Below are positions 62,136 through 64,000 of a stretch of 64,000 nt of DNA, one piece after another (position 1 is the first letter of the stretch; each line of letters starts with the position of its first letter). Both the position numbers and the translations under genes were made by a program. Where the stretch lies: assembly GCF_009914755.1 (NCBI RefSeq), contig NC_060932.1. One strand, 5' to 3'. The notes under the pieces are model-generated. The model did no database searches. It was not told the origin of the DNA and was given only the letters and a program-made list of their open reading frames with translations. This DNA comes from the human T2T-CHM13v2.0 reference genome, Homo sapiens.

Positions 62136-62609
62136 ACTAGATATTCCATTTACAATAGCATAAAAAAGGATACAATATTTAGGAATAGACTTTACCAAGG
62201 AGACAACAGACTCGTATGCTAAAAACTACAAAACACTGCTTGAAGAAATCAAAGATGTAAATAAATGAAAAGATATCCCATGTTTATGGATTGAAAGGCT
62301 TAATATTAAGATGGCAATACTATCCAAAGCAATCCACAGATTCAATGCAATCTCTATCAAAATCCAAATGGCTTGCATTTTGGTTTTGCAGAAATAGAAA
62401 AACCCATGTTAAAATTCAAGAGACACCAAATAGCCAAAACAATATGGGGGGAAACGTGGTGCGGGGGGGAAGAAGTGTTCGAGTATTAAAAACAAAGTTG
62501 GAAGACTCATACTTCCTCAGTTCCAAACTTACTACAAAACTACAGTAATCAAGTCAGTATAGTATTGACACAAGAACATAGAGACCAATGGAATAAAATA
62601 AACAGCCCA

Positions 62610-62912
62610 GAGCCAGGTGTGGTGGATCACGCCTATAATCCCAACACTTTGGGAGGCCGAGGCGGGTGAATTACCTGAGGTCGGGAGCTCGAAATCAGCC
62701 TGACCAACATGGAGAAACCCCATCTCTTCTAAAAATACAAAATTAGCCGGGTGTGGTGGCACATACCTGTAATCCCAGCTACTCAGGAGGCTAAGGCAAG
62801 AGAATCGCTTGAATCCAGGAGGCGGAGGTTGTGGTGAGCCGAGATCACACTATTGCACTCCAGCCTAGGCAACAAGAGCGAAACTCCATTTCAAAAAAAA
62901 AAAAAAAAAAAA
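62610..62912 (+). mobile_element. Alu (AluSp-like)
   Basis: gaggtcgggag...ctgaccaacatggagaaacc; TSD ataaacagcccaga on both sides. Confidence 0.93.
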
Positions 62913-63667
62913 GGATAAACAGCCCAGAAATAAACCCTTGCATATATGCTCAGTCGAATGCCAAAATCATTCAGTGTGGAAAATATAGTGTTTTCAACAA
63001 ATGGTGCTGGGAAAACTGGATATTCACCAGGAAAATAAAAAAACTGGATCTTTATTTTACATCATATACAAAAATTAGCTGAAATGAATTAAAGACCTAA
63101 ATGTAACAGCTAAACTTAAAACCTCTCAGAAGAAAACATAGGGGAAAATCTTAATAAAATTGAATTTGGCAATTATTTCTTGGATATGACATCAGAAGCA
63201 TAGGCCCAAAAAAGAGAGAGAGAGAAGAAGAAGGAGAAATAGCTAAATTGGATCTCATTACAATTAAAAACTTTTATTAATCAAGGGACATTATTGAAGT
63301 ATAAAAATACAACCTACAAAGAGGAGGAAAATATGTGCAAATTATATATCTGATAAAAGATTAATATCCAGAATATATAAAGAACTCCAAAACCTCAACA
63401 TCAACAACAAAACAATCCAATCCAAAAATGGACTAAGGGCTTGAATAGATATTTCTCCAAAGAAGATATGCAAATGGCCACTAAACACATGAAAACATGC
63501 TCAACATCACTAATCATTAGGGAAATGCAAATCAAAACCACAGTGAGATACCACTTCACCACTAGTCATAGGGTGGCTATTGTCAAAAAAAATTGAAAAT
63601 AACAAGTGTTAGTAAAGGTGCATCGCTGATGGGAATGTAAAATGATGCAGTCTCTGTGGAAGTTTGC

Positions 63668-63993
63668 TGTGTGAGCACAAAAGTATCTGAGACAGGTCTC
63701 AATCAATTTAGAAAGTTAATTTTGCCAAGGTTAAGGATGCACCCATGAACAGCCTCAGGAGGTCCTGATGACATGTGTTCAAGGCGGTTGGGGTACAATT
63801 TGCTTTTATACATTTTAGGGAGACAAAATACAATCAATCAATACATGTAAGATTTACATTGATTTGATCTGGAAGGTCAGGACAACTAGAAGTTGGAATC
63901 GGGGGGGTCATATGTAGATTATTAATTTTTCTGATGGCAATTTGTTAAAAGAGTTATTATCAAGGGGCCTCAGAAATTTATTTTTGGTTTACA
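63668..63993 (-). mobile_element. MER4-family LTR (internally deleted)
   Basis: gtatctgagacaggtctcaatcaatttagaaag...ttttgccaaggttaagga...; ends atttttggtttaca. Confidence 0.8.
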
Positions 63994-64000
63994 GGTGGTT

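Overview
Primate (Alu/THE1/L1PA-bearing, probably catarrhine) genomic DNA that appears intergenic or deep-intronic. I find no supportable host protein-coding exon, RNA gene or CRISPR array. The ORF-track hits are Alu, L1, ERV or simple-repeat translations, or unsupported chance ORFs. Bases 1-26 kb are unique AT-rich sequence sprinkled with MaLR/ERVL LTRs, Alus, MIR/L2 and DNA-transposon MITEs, plus one CpG-rich promoter-like patch at about 18.7-19.1 kb. Bases 26-64 kb are a nested transposon stack inside old L1 sequence. It holds a MER39-LTR ERV1 with the structure of an L1-retroposed ('processed') transcript, an ~870-bp orphan poly(A) retrocopy, a two-LTR Harlequin (LTR2) mosaic provirus carrying a twin-primed L1PA, a near full-length L1PB, a 44-bp mini-retrocopy inside an Alu, and a two-LTR MER41 provirus with tandem GAS motifs. 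I found no convincing undescribed biological system; the best leads are these retrotransposition by-products and the LTR regulatory motifs. Family names come from recalled consensus sequences, not a database search, and boundaries without a TSD are approximate.
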